In this document: positions 1-6,668 of the stretch, piece by piece
Numbering within the stretch: the stretch's first letter is position 1
Layout: the number at the start of each line of letters is the position of its first letter
Origin: a virus
DNA: 40,911 nt
Direction: 5' to 3' (one strand)
IMG/VR virus record: IMGVR_UViG_3300021061_000014
Made by a program: the position numbers and the translations under genes
The notes under the pieces: generated by a model
Told to the model about the DNA's origin: nothing
The model's input: the letters and a program-made list of their open reading frames with translations, nothing else
The model's database searches: none

Positions 1-127
1 ATGGTGGATGCGGGCCTGCCCGAAGCCGAGTGTATGAGCATGCTAACCAAACCCCCTAAGCGGAAGCAGAAGACCATATGCTGATGAAATCGAAACCAAT
101 CCGGAGCCAGAAGTTGCGGGATAGCGC
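1..127. repeat. Terminal direct repeat, copy 1 (identical to 40785..40911); overlap of a circular or circularly permuted genome
   Basis: Bases 1-127 recur exactly at 40785-40911. ORFs read through the junction (40666..40821; 40862.. equals 78..401). Confidence 0.95.
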
Positions 128-401
128 ACGCGGGGAAGAATGTACTTTCCAGATACCCGGTGTGTGCAATGGCAACCCGGAGACTACCGTGCTTTGCCAT
201 TTGCCGGATGAATCGCACGGGATGGGGAGGAAGTCTGATGACTTCTGTTCGGCCTATGGTTGTTCTGCATGCCATGACTTTTTGGATGGCAGAAATAGAC
301 CGAAAGGAATTCTTTTGGCAAATGTTGAGGCGTTTACGCTGCGTGCAATGGTCCGCACCTGGCGCCGCATGATTGAAAAGGGGTTGATCAAAATTGGATG
401 A
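78..401 (+). CDS. ybcO: YbcO-like putative nuclease (DUF1364, lambdoid nin-region protein)
   Basis: ARGEECTFQIPGVCNGNPETTVLCHLP...CSACHD matches the Cys-rich YbcO pattern. It lies directly upstream of a rusA-like gene, as in DLP12. Confidence 0.8.
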   Translation: MLMKSKPIRSQKLRDSARGEECTFQIPGVCNGNPETTVLCHLPDESHGMGRKSDDFCSAYGCSACHDFLDGRNRPKGILLANVEAFTLRAMVRTWRRMIEKGLIKIG

Positions 402-705
402 GAATCGAGATACCAATACCGCTCCCGACCTGGAACCAGCTTCTTCGGATGCATTACCACAGGCGGAGCTTTGTGAATTCGGTGATCAAGCAGTACGTAT
501 CCATATCCATTCAGTACGCAAGAGGCCAACTGACCCAGACGGGGTATCGGCTAAAGCTGCAATTGATGGAATCGTTGAGGCAGGAGTACTTGACGACGAT
601 AACTGCGAAATCGTCAAAAGCGTTACGTTCTCGCAAGAGCAAGGCGAGGAGGAGCGCACGGTGATAACGATACAACGCCTGAGAGAGCTGGAGGGTAAAT
701 GTTAG
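398..705 (+). pseudogene. rusA: RusA-family Holliday-junction resolvase with a broken reading frame (N-terminus in the 398 frame, C-terminus in the 394..705 frame)
   Basis: The ATG at 398 overlaps the ybcO stop (ATGA) and encodes MRIEIPIPLPTWNQLLRMHYHRR (RusA-like N-terminus). The RusA-like core VRIHIHS..RPTDPDGVSAKAAIDGIVEAGVLDDDNCEIV is in the -1 frame. The composite is about 20 aa shorter than typical RusA. Confidence 0.5.
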
Positions 706-1076
706 TTTACGACAAAGATTCTGCAATGCGTACCTGCAAAAATAGGTTCCAAGGTGACTACAAAAAAGTTCTTTGTATTTGCTCTGCTGGGTTACTGCGC
801 TCACCCACGGCGGCGCTGGTTCTTTCGCAAGACCCCTATTACTACAACACAAGGTCGGCAGGAATTGAACATTATGCCCTGATCCCTGTTAGCGATGTGC
901 TTTTGGAGTGGGCTGATGAAATCGTTTGCATGACCGACGATCAGCAGCAAAGGCTCCGCGAGCTGACAAAGAAGCCTGTTCTTTGCTTGATGATACCGGA
1001 TGATTTCAGCTATCGGGACCATGAATTGGTGGCGATGATCCATGCGAACTATAACAAGGCGACGCAAAGCCCGTGA
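699..1076 (+). CDS. Low-molecular-weight phosphatase family protein (LMW-PTP / ArsC-like fold)
   Basis: P-loop C-X5-R-S (CSAGLLRSPTA), downstream SAG, and an IPDD acid loop, laid out as in Wzb-type LMW-PTPs. Confidence 0.75.
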   Translation: MLVYDKDSAMRTCKNRFQGDYKKVLCICSAGLLRSPTAALVLSQDPYYYNTRSAGIEHYALIPVSDVLLEWADEIVCMTDDQQQRLRELTKKPVLCLMIPDDFSYRDHELVAMIHANYNKATQSP

Positions 1077-1137
1077 CCTCCGCCTACACCCGCATATTTC
1101 TATACCAGTTAGGTGATTATGAGCACTAAGGAGGTTT

Positions 1138-1536
1138 ATGAAAGGTTCCACGATTGACCATAAGTTCCACATCGGCAGAAAACGGATGCCAAAAGGAATG
1201 GGGTTGTGCTCAGGCTGTCACGCCCGCAGGGATCGCGGAATCCAAAGATACTGTAAAAAATGCCACGCCGAATATATGCGCGAGAATCGGCCGAAGCATT
1301 CTGAGTTAACAGATAAGCAGCGTAAAAAGGCCAACGCAAGATCGTATGCAAATGTTTATCTGAATAGGGGAAAGATTGATCGAAAGCCATGCGAAAAGTG
1401 CGGCTCCCCTGAATCTCAAATGCATCACGAGGATTACAACAGGCCAACAGATGTTACGTGGCTTTGCCGGGAATGCCATCTGGATCACCATAAAGCGGCT
1501 GCAAACGATCAACCACCAATAAGCGAGGCTGTATGA
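1138..1536 (+). CDS. Cys/His-rich zinc-binding protein with HNH-like C-terminal motif
   Basis: CSGCH..CKKCH near the N-terminus. C-terminal CEKCG...HHEDYNRP..VTWLCRECHLDHH. ATGA overlap with the next gene. Confidence 0.65.
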   Translation: MKGSTIDHKFHIGRKRMPKGMGLCSGCHARRDRGIQRYCKKCHAEYMRENRPKHSELTDKQRKKANARSYANVYLNRGKIDRKPCEKCGSPESQMHHEDYNRPTDVTWLCRECHLDHHKAAANDQPPISEAV

Positions 1537-2027
1537 AGAACTGGTATTGCGTACAGACTAAGATTAAGTCGGAAATTCCGGTATCGGTAAGCTTAAGGGT
1601 CCAGGGCTTCGAAACTTATTGCCCTTTGGTTTGGGTTGATAGGAGGAGATCGGTTGCCAAGGAAACAGAATGCATGTTTCCGCGATATGCCTTTGTGCGC
1701 CTTGCTCCAGGTGAGGACAACTTTCGACCGGTCCTGAAAGCTCCCGGGGTGGTTGCAATGGTTCGGGCCGGGCTTTGGCCTGCTGTCGTCCATGATTCAG
1801 TGATCGAAATGCTAAGGAAGCAAGAAGACAGTCTTGGCATCCATACTATCCCGAAGCGGGATTATTCTCCCGGCGATCCCGTGAGAATTAAGTCAGGCCC
1901 CTTCGAAGGGTACGAGGCAATTGTACAAGCAAAGAAGTTTGATCGAATTATTGTTCTGTTCAACATCATGGGGAACGCGGTTCCTACAGAGGTTCCACGA
2001 AAACAACTGGAGCCGCTAAGTGCTTGA
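1533..2027 (+). CDS. RfaH/NusG-family transcription elongation/antitermination factor (NGN + KOW)
   Basis: MKNWYCVQT.., FPRYAFV, PGVVAMVRAG..PAVV, and GDPVRIKSGPFEGYEAIV (KOW) align along the length of RfaH. It occupies the Q position upstream of the lysis genes. Confidence 0.85.
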   Translation: MKNWYCVQTKIKSEIPVSVSLRVQGFETYCPLVWVDRRRSVAKETECMFPRYAFVRLAPGEDNFRPVLKAPGVVAMVRAGLWPAVVHDSVIEMLRKQEDSLGIHTIPKRDYSPGDPVRIKSGPFEGYEAIVQAKKFDRIIVLFNIMGNAVPTEVPRKQLEPLSA

Positions 2028-2051
2028 TTTATTCTCAAACTCAATCATAAT
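2024..2051 (+). promoter_or_regulatory. Candidate late promoter (TTGATT - 16 nt - CATAAT)
   Basis: Sigma70-like hexamers at 2024-2029 and 2046-2051, at the start of the 264-nt gap before the endolysin. Confidence 0.45.
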
Positions 2052-2117
2052 TACTGAATTGTTACCCGCTCAGCCGCTCGGTAACGGCGGCGCTTCCAAA
2101 AAATTTCCCAATTCACC

Positions 2118-2165
2118 AACCGCGACCCCTCTTAACAATGGGCAACATTCGCGGTTTTTGTCTTT
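2118..2165 (+). terminator. Candidate intrinsic terminator in the late leader
   Basis: 8-bp stem AACCGCGA (2118-2125) / TCGCGGTT (2149-2156) followed by TTTTTGTCTTT. The loop is large (23 nt), so stability is uncertain. Confidence 0.4.
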
Positions 2166-2235
2166 GCGGCCCGTTACCGGTGAAACCCATGAGATGTATT
2201 TCAAGTGGGCGTAGGGCCGCTCCAATTGCGTTTCG

Positions 2236-2294
2236 ATTGTCAACCTTAAGCCGAAACATTGGCAACCTTAAGCGGGGTTATTGTCAACCTTATG
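2236..2294 (+). repeat. Three tandem copies of ATTGKCAACCTTAWG with exact 22-bp period
   Basis: Copies start at 2236, 2258 and 2280. Each holds the mini-palindromes TTGnCAA and CTTAAG. The third copy contains the amidase ATG. Confidence 0.9.
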
Positions 2295-2735
2295 CGCCCA
2301 ATAACCAAGATCGTTGTCCATTGCTCCGCCACGAAAGCCGACCGGAATATCGGAGAGGCCGAGATTACCCAGTGGCACAAAGAAAAGGGCTGGCGGGATA
2401 TTGGGTATCACTACGTTATCCGGCGTAATGGATTGCGTGAGAATGGCCGCCCTATTGAGATAGCAGGCGCCCATGTAGCTGGCCACAACACCGGTAGTAT
2501 CGGGATTTGCATGGTTGGCGGGGTTGGTCAGGATGGCAAAGCTGAATGCAATTTCACCTTCCGCCAATTCCAGGCCCTTGAGATTCTTCTGCGCGAACTG
2601 TTAACGCAGTTCCCTAAAGCCGAAGTTCTTGGACATCGTGACTTATCACCCGACATAGACGGTGACGGCACAGTCGAGCAAAGCGAATGGCTGAAGGACT
2701 GTCCGACATTCGACGCAAAGGCCTTTCTAGCCTGA
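2292..2735 (+). CDS. N-acetylmuramoyl-L-alanine amidase endolysin (T7 lysozyme / PGRP family)
   Basis: IVVHCSAT, EI.QWHKEKGWRDIGYHYVI, GAHVAGHN..SIGICMVGG, and CP.FD match T7 gp3.5-type amidases. Start is ATG 2292 (TTG 2259 also possible). Confidence 0.9.
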   Translation: MRPITKIVVHCSATKADRNIGEAEITQWHKEKGWRDIGYHYVIRRNGLRENGRPIEIAGAHVAGHNTGSIGICMVGGVGQDGKAECNFTFRQFQALEILLRELLTQFPKAEVLGHRDLSPDIDGDGTVEQSEWLKDCPTFDAKAFLA

Positions 2736-2775
2736 CCTAACCGGCCCATCGCTGTTGACGCAGCGGGAGGTAGCC

Positions 2776-2985
2776 ATGAATGTGTTTCACAAGACCTGGA
2801 TTTACGGTTTGTTGCTTCTGGCCCTTGCGGGTTGTGTTAGCTGTTCGATGGGCGGGAAGAAGGGCGAAGCTGAGGATCTTATTGAAACCGCTGGCGATGC
2901 TGGCTGCAATATCGAGTCGATAAAGTTCGAGGACGGGCAGGTTAAGCAGATCGATTGCCATGAGACGGTGAGGTTTGTTCGTTGA
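2776..2985 (+). CDS. Small lipoprotein
   Basis: GGGAGG RBS 6 nt upstream of the ATG. Signal peptide with lipobox LLALAGC. Confidence 0.7.
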   Translation: MNVFHKTWIYGLLLLALAGCVSCSMGGKKGEAEDLIETAGDAGCNIESIKFEDGQVKQIDCHETVRFVR

Positions 2986-3383
2986 GCTTTCTGTTATCTC
3001 ACCCCTCCATGTTGATCCTCGGGCTGTTGACTCACTTCCTGATGATCCTGAGCGAGATGTCTTCCGCCCGGAAGACACTTGTTACCCCTTGGGAGTACGT
3101 GAAGGAAAAGCCCTACAAGGCTGCGTTATCGGTAATCGGGTCGATTGTGGCCTATTCGCTCCTGCCGGCTGAAGCCGAGGCTTATGTGGTATTCGGGGCT
3201 GGGTACATGGCCAATGATGCCCTTGACCGCCTCGGGACCATAACCAACAAGTCCATGACCCGGACCATAGTTGTAAACGAGAAAGGGCAGATTCAGAAAA
3301 TCCGCGAGATGGATCAGACGATCATGACATCCGTGGATGAGAACGAAGCCCTGGACAGGCCGAGCGAGGTGCCGCGTGATTGA
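2982..3383 (+). CDS. Membrane protein (holin-like, 2-3 TM segments)
   Basis: Hydrophobic segments LILGLLTHFLMIL, AALSVIGSIVAYSLL, AYVVFGAGYM. TTGA overlap with the upstream gene. Start uncertain (TTG 2982 or ATG 3009). Confidence 0.6.
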   Translation: MSFLLSHPSMLILGLLTHFLMILSEMSSARKTLVTPWEYVKEKPYKAALSVIGSIVAYSLLPAEAEAYVVFGAGYMANDALDRLGTITNKSMTRTIVVNEKGQIQKIREMDQTIMTSVDENEALDRPSEVPRD

Positions 3384-3561
3384 TTATTCGAACGGCGTAA
3401 ATGTTCCGTTTGGTATCCCCGGTTTTAATGCCACTGGTTTTGAGGGTGATGTTCAGCGAATCGAGTATTACCCTGATGGCCGGGTGAAGACCGTGGAGCG
3501 TGTTGTGCGCGGCTTCGGTGGTGGCCTCATGAAGTTTATTGATAACTATCCGCCTAAATGA
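3376..3561 (+). CDS. Hypothetical protein
   Basis: GTG start preceded by GAGG. Overlaps the upstream stop. ATGA overlap with the next gene. ATG 3337 is an alternative start. Confidence 0.5.
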   Translation: MIDYSNGVNVPFGIPGFNATGFEGDVQRIEYYPDGRVKTVERVVRGFGGGLMKFIDNYPPK

Positions 3562-3992
3562 CAGTCGTAGCATGGGATGGCAAGACCTTAGCCACTGACA
3601 AACAGGCTACCAATTCAGGGCTGGCCTACACGGTTACCAAGTCAATGAAGCTTGAGACTGGAGAGGTTTTGGCTTGGACCGATAACGCTGACTCCGGTCT
3701 TATGCTTGTGGATTGGTACAAGAGTGGAGCCGATCCAGCCAAATGGCCTGAATGCCAGAAGAACGAAGATCGTTGGGCAAAGCTGATCGTTATCAAAGAT
3801 AAACGAATTCATGTTTACGAGCGCCAGCCAATACCAATCATTATCGAAGATAAGATCATGGCTTGGGGTTCTGGCCGGGATTTTGCATTGGCAGCTATGG
3901 CGATGGGCGCTGATGCCCGGAAAGCCGTAGAGATTGCATCCATTTTTGAGACTGGATGTGGTCGCGGAGTTGATGTTTACGAGGCTGTATGA
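3558..3992 (+). CDS. HslV / proteasome beta-type Ntn hydrolase-like protein
   Basis: MTVVAWDGKTLATDKQAT (Thr2 nucleophile position) and IMAWGSGRDFALAAMAMGADARKAVEIA parallel HslV TTIV..DGQAT and IAIGSGG.YA.AAA..L. Confidence 0.75.
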   Translation: MTVVAWDGKTLATDKQATNSGLAYTVTKSMKLETGEVLAWTDNADSGLMLVDWYKSGADPAKWPECQKNEDRWAKLIVIKDKRIHVYERQPIPIIIEDKIMAWGSGRDFALAAMAMGADARKAVEIASIFETGCGRGVDVYEAV

Positions 3993-4183
3993 GTAGAACG
4001 AAGAAAGGCGCAAAGTCTCCAGGGTATGAGCTTCAATCGAAAAGGCCGTGCGCTTATATCGATCACCATAAGTGGGCAAAACGCTCCACTCATCGAGCAG
4101 AGCGCCGCGAAGGGAACAAAGAACTGATTAGGGAAATCAGCGAAAAGTATGCTGATGTATTCAAGGCTTTGGCTGATGCCTAA
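3989..4183 (+). CDS. Small basic protein
   Basis: ATGA overlap with the upstream gene. Lys/Arg-rich (KRSTHRAERREGNKEL). Confidence 0.6.
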   Translation: MSRTKKGAKSPGYELQSKRPCAYIDHHKWAKRSTHRAERREGNKELIREISEKYADVFKALADA

Positions 4184-4263
4184 CCCAATTCTGCTGCCTA
4201 GCATCTGGTACTCCTCCAACACTAACGTAATGGGCAGCGCAGAGCTGGGCAGCGGAAACTAAT

Positions 4264-4491
4264 ATGATTGAACAGGTTGGAATTATCCTCACTGGCGTAA
4301 CGGCTGTTTGGCTAACTCAGGATAAGCGCCAGTCATGGCGTAGATGGGCGTGCATCTTCGGTCTTATTGGTCAACCGTTCTGGTTCTATGCTGCATGGAC
4401 TGCCGAGCAGTGGGGGATATTCTTTGTTTGCGTCCTATACACACTTTCATGGCTTCGCGGGATAAAAAACAATTGGCTCAGCAATGTATAA
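4264..4491 (+). CDS. Three-TM small membrane protein, holin candidate
   Basis: Three hydrophobic helices. Overlaps the start of the i-spanin gene by 8 nt. Confidence 0.6.
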   Translation: MIEQVGIILTGVTAVWLTQDKRQSWRRWACIFGLIGQPFWFYAAWTAEQWGIFFVCVLYTLSWLRGIKNNWLSNV

Positions 4492-4744
4492 AGCTCTGGC
4501 AATTCTGCTTATTGTTGCGGCTTTCTTCTTTGGCCGCAGTGTAGGGGTTGATTCGGTAAAAGCTGGCCAGACAGACAAAGCTGTTGAGGTTATTGAGAAC
4601 CGAACTGAGGCCGAGAAGGTAATTGTTCAGGAGCGAGTTGTATACCGTGACCGAATCCAGAAAATCCGCGAAGTGGTACATCAGTGCGATATGCCTTCTG
4701 ACCTTGTCGGCTTGCTCAGGGAATCCGGTGTATTCAGCCGTTAA
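4484..4744 (+). CDS. i-spanin (Rz-like)
   Basis: N-terminal TM segment (ALAILLIVAAFFF) followed by a charged helical region. A lipoprotein gene overlaps its 3' end in another frame. Confidence 0.7.
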   Translation: MYKALAILLIVAAFFFGRSVGVDSVKAGQTDKAVEVIENRTEAEKVIVQERVVYRDRIQKIREVVHQCDMPSDLVGLLRESGVFSR

Positions 4745-4853
4745 GTGTGATGTGCCGGCAACCTCAGATGAAACGGTTACAGGTCTGGCCGTGGTCGCAG
4801 TCGAGATGCGCCAAGCCCTGGAAGAATGTAACAAAAGAAATGGGTATAATTGA
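4638..4853 (+). CDS. o-spanin (Rz1-like lipoprotein), overlapped architecture
   Basis: Alternative frame across the i-spanin 3' end. Lipobox LTLSAC. AGGAG 5 nt before TTG 4638 (GTG 4647 also possible). Confidence 0.7.
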   Translation: MYTVTESRKSAKWYISAICLLTLSACSGNPVYSAVKCDVPATSDETVTGLAVVAVEMRQALEECNKRNGYN

Positions 4854-4857
4854 GCCC

Positions 4858-5049
4858 ATGATTAGTTTACCGCCGCTTTTAAATCCAATCTCCTATAAGG
4901 CAGATCCATTGCTTGAGGAATTATGCCGCAAAGCTGTTGAACAGGCTTTTAATGTAGAGGAAGTCTTTCTTGATTCCGAGAAAAAACACAAAGCTTTACT
5001 TGTAACCCTGAAGGCCGAACTTAATCCCGCTCCACCAAAATCCCAATAG
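4858..5049 (+). CDS. Hypothetical protein
   Basis: ATG-initiated ORF directly after the spanins. Confidence 0.5.
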   Translation: MISLPPLLNPISYKADPLLEELCRKAVEQAFNVEEVFLDSEKKHKALLVTLKAELNPAPPKSQ

Positions 5050-5248
5050 TCTCCCCCTCTTTAACTGGGGCGGATGACTGATGAACACAGAAGGCTTTGA
5101 TCGTGTATTTCTTGCGGTCGATTTGTATCTCTGGCCCGAAGCAATGCATAAGGGATTCATGGTCCCGATGGACTTTGAAGGGGCTTTTAACGGCAAATTC
5201 AATACCGTTGGGCCTTTCGTATTTGCCGATTGAGTGGAGTTTGAGCAT
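5021..5248 (-). CDS. Hypothetical protein, reverse-oriented within the late region
   Basis: It is the only ORF covering 5050-5233. Weak RBS. Confidence 0.45.
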   Translation of the reverse strand: MLKLHSIGKYERPNGIEFAVKSPFKVHRDHESLMHCFGPEIQIDRKKYTIKAFCVHQSSAPVKEGETIGILVERD

Positions 5249-5254
5249 ACCAAT

Positions 5255-5419
5255 ATGACAGCACTAACAAGCAACAGTCACCTGAAGAGACTTGATGAGC
5301 TTGCCATGTGGCATAGAGGCAAGGCAGCAACTACCAGACTCCTTAGGGAACGTGCCAAACATCGGCGGATTGCTGCTGACCTAGAGAAAGCCCATAAGAT
5401 ACTGCGCGGATACGAATAA
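5255..5419 (+). CDS. Hypothetical protein
   Basis: ATG 5255 within ORF 5234..5419. Basic, helical sequence. Confidence 0.5.
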   Translation: MTALTSNSHLKRLDELAMWHRGKAATTRLLRERAKHRRIAADLEKAHKILRGYE

Positions 5420-5433
5420 TGAGTGGAAAACCC

Positions 5434-5577
5434 ATGATGGTGATTAAAGATAACGTGCTTTACAAGGTTGTTAAGGGCCGTTATGTGCGCGTAAAGGCCA
5501 GCAAGAAGAGTCGTGAATCTATGGAAGAGACACGCAAGAAATATGGGGATGTGATGAAGGCTCTAGCAAAATGCTGA
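5434..5577 (+). CDS. Hypothetical small protein (47 aa)
   Basis: Below the ORF-track cutoff. I translated it by hand: MMVIKDNVLYKVVKGRYVRVKASKK... It overlaps the next gene by 7 nt. Confidence 0.35.
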   Translation: MMVIKDNVLYKVVKGRYVRVKASKKSRESMEETRKKYGDVMKALAKC

Positions 5578-5795
5578 ATGTTGTAAAGCTCGACAATACC
5601 AATTTGATGGACATTCCGGCCATGCTTCGGAAGCTGGCTGATGAGATAGAGCAAAAGCCAGAAACCGCCGAGCACGCCATTGTAGTCCTTGCGAGAGAGG
5701 ACGGCAGCGTAGAAGCAAGAGGATACGGCAAAGTAGGCGACCGAGCCCATGAGGTTGGAGTGCTTGAGTTCGCCAAGTTGCAGCTAATGATTTAA
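5571..5795 (+). CDS. Hypothetical protein
   Basis: ORF in the forward late-strand series. Confidence 0.55.
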   Translation: MLNVVKLDNTNLMDIPAMLRKLADEIEQKPETAEHAIVVLAREDGSVEARGYGKVGDRAHEVGVLEFAKLQLMI

Positions 5796-5931
5796 GCGCG
5801 GACTGAGGCCAGTGTTGACGCACCGGCCCCAGTCCTCCCAAACCCCTTATCCGTAAATAAGGAGCAGGTCAGTGATAGTACCCCTGAAACACAACCGGAC
5901 CCCCATACTTTTGACTGAGGGGTAAGCACGT

Positions 5932-6168
5932 ATGACTCAGAATGAGAGGTTAACGGCTTTGGAAGCAAAGTTCGACGCACACGCGCAGCACTGCGTAACG
6001 GACAAGCAGGAAAACAAGAGCCGGTTTGATTCCATCGATAACAAGTTATGGGTAATCATGGGCGGGATCATTCTCAACCTGATAGCCGCTTTTGGGTTCG
6101 CTGCCTACCACGGCTTTCCCTGGGAAAACGGCAGGGTTGAGATCGCGCAGACGGAGGGAAGGGAGTGA
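5932..6168 (+). CDS. Hypothetical protein with C-terminal TM segment
   Basis: GAGGGG RBS. Hydrophobic WVIMGGIILNLIAAFGFAAY. Confidence 0.6.
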   Translation: MTQNERLTALEAKFDAHAQHCVTDKQENKSRFDSIDNKLWVIMGGIILNLIAAFGFAAYHGFPWENGRVEIAQTEGRE

Positions 6169-6332
6169 TTGATTCATTCGTTATGGCGTACAGGATTTAT
6201 ATGGCACGACTGTATCGAAAGGATGGTCAAGATTTAGTTGATTACACGCCTATTGGGATGTTTGGCTATTTTGATTTCAGGCTAAAGGCGGCGAACTCAT
6301 GAAGAAGAAACCCGGTAAAGGCAAAGGCAAAC

Positions 6333-6668
6333 GTGGCTGCTGAAAACCGCATCACCTACCACGAGCCGGACAAGATCTGGATTAAAGATCCGGACGATGT
6401 AGAGAAGTATACGATTGACTGGACCAACTGGCTGGAAGGCGACACGATCAGCTCTACTGATTGGTACATGAACGACTCCGCCACCATTACCGGTCTGACC
6501 CTCACCGAATCCAACACCTCGACGAGCGCAAGCGCCACTATCTCGGGTGGTTATCATGGGGCTAAGTATGTCCTGAGTAACAGGATAGTCACAGCTGCCG
6601 GGCTCACCAAAGAGAAGAAGTTGATTATTCAGGTAGTTGATACCGAGTATCGGAGGATGTGTAACTGA
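6333..6668 (+). CDS. Hypothetical protein
   Basis: GTG start. Its stop overlaps the terS start (TGATG). Confidence 0.55.
   Translation: MAAENRITYHEPDKIWIKDPDDVEKYTIDWTNWLEGDTISSTDWYMNDSATITGLTLTESNTSTSASATISGGYHGAKYVLSNRIVTAAGLTKEKKLIIQVVDTEYRRMCN

Noticed and set aside
394-705. Taking 394..705 at face value as an intact 103-aa CDS
   Set aside because: Its start is a TTG with no RBS and a disordered N-terminal peptide. The properly coupled ATG at 398 opens the other frame, which carries the RusA-like N-terminus.
2028-2291. Exact RfaH ops element (GGCGGTAGnnTG) in the late leader
   Set aside because: It is not present on either strand. Only partial resemblances exist (GGGCGTAGGGCC, CGGCGGCGCT), so no ops call is made.
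6299-6343. Tiny Lys/Gly-rich [17 protein letters not shown] upstream of 6333..6668, possibly joined by a frameshift
   Set aside because: It is too short to support, has no slippery heptamer, and the downstream frame has its own GTG start.
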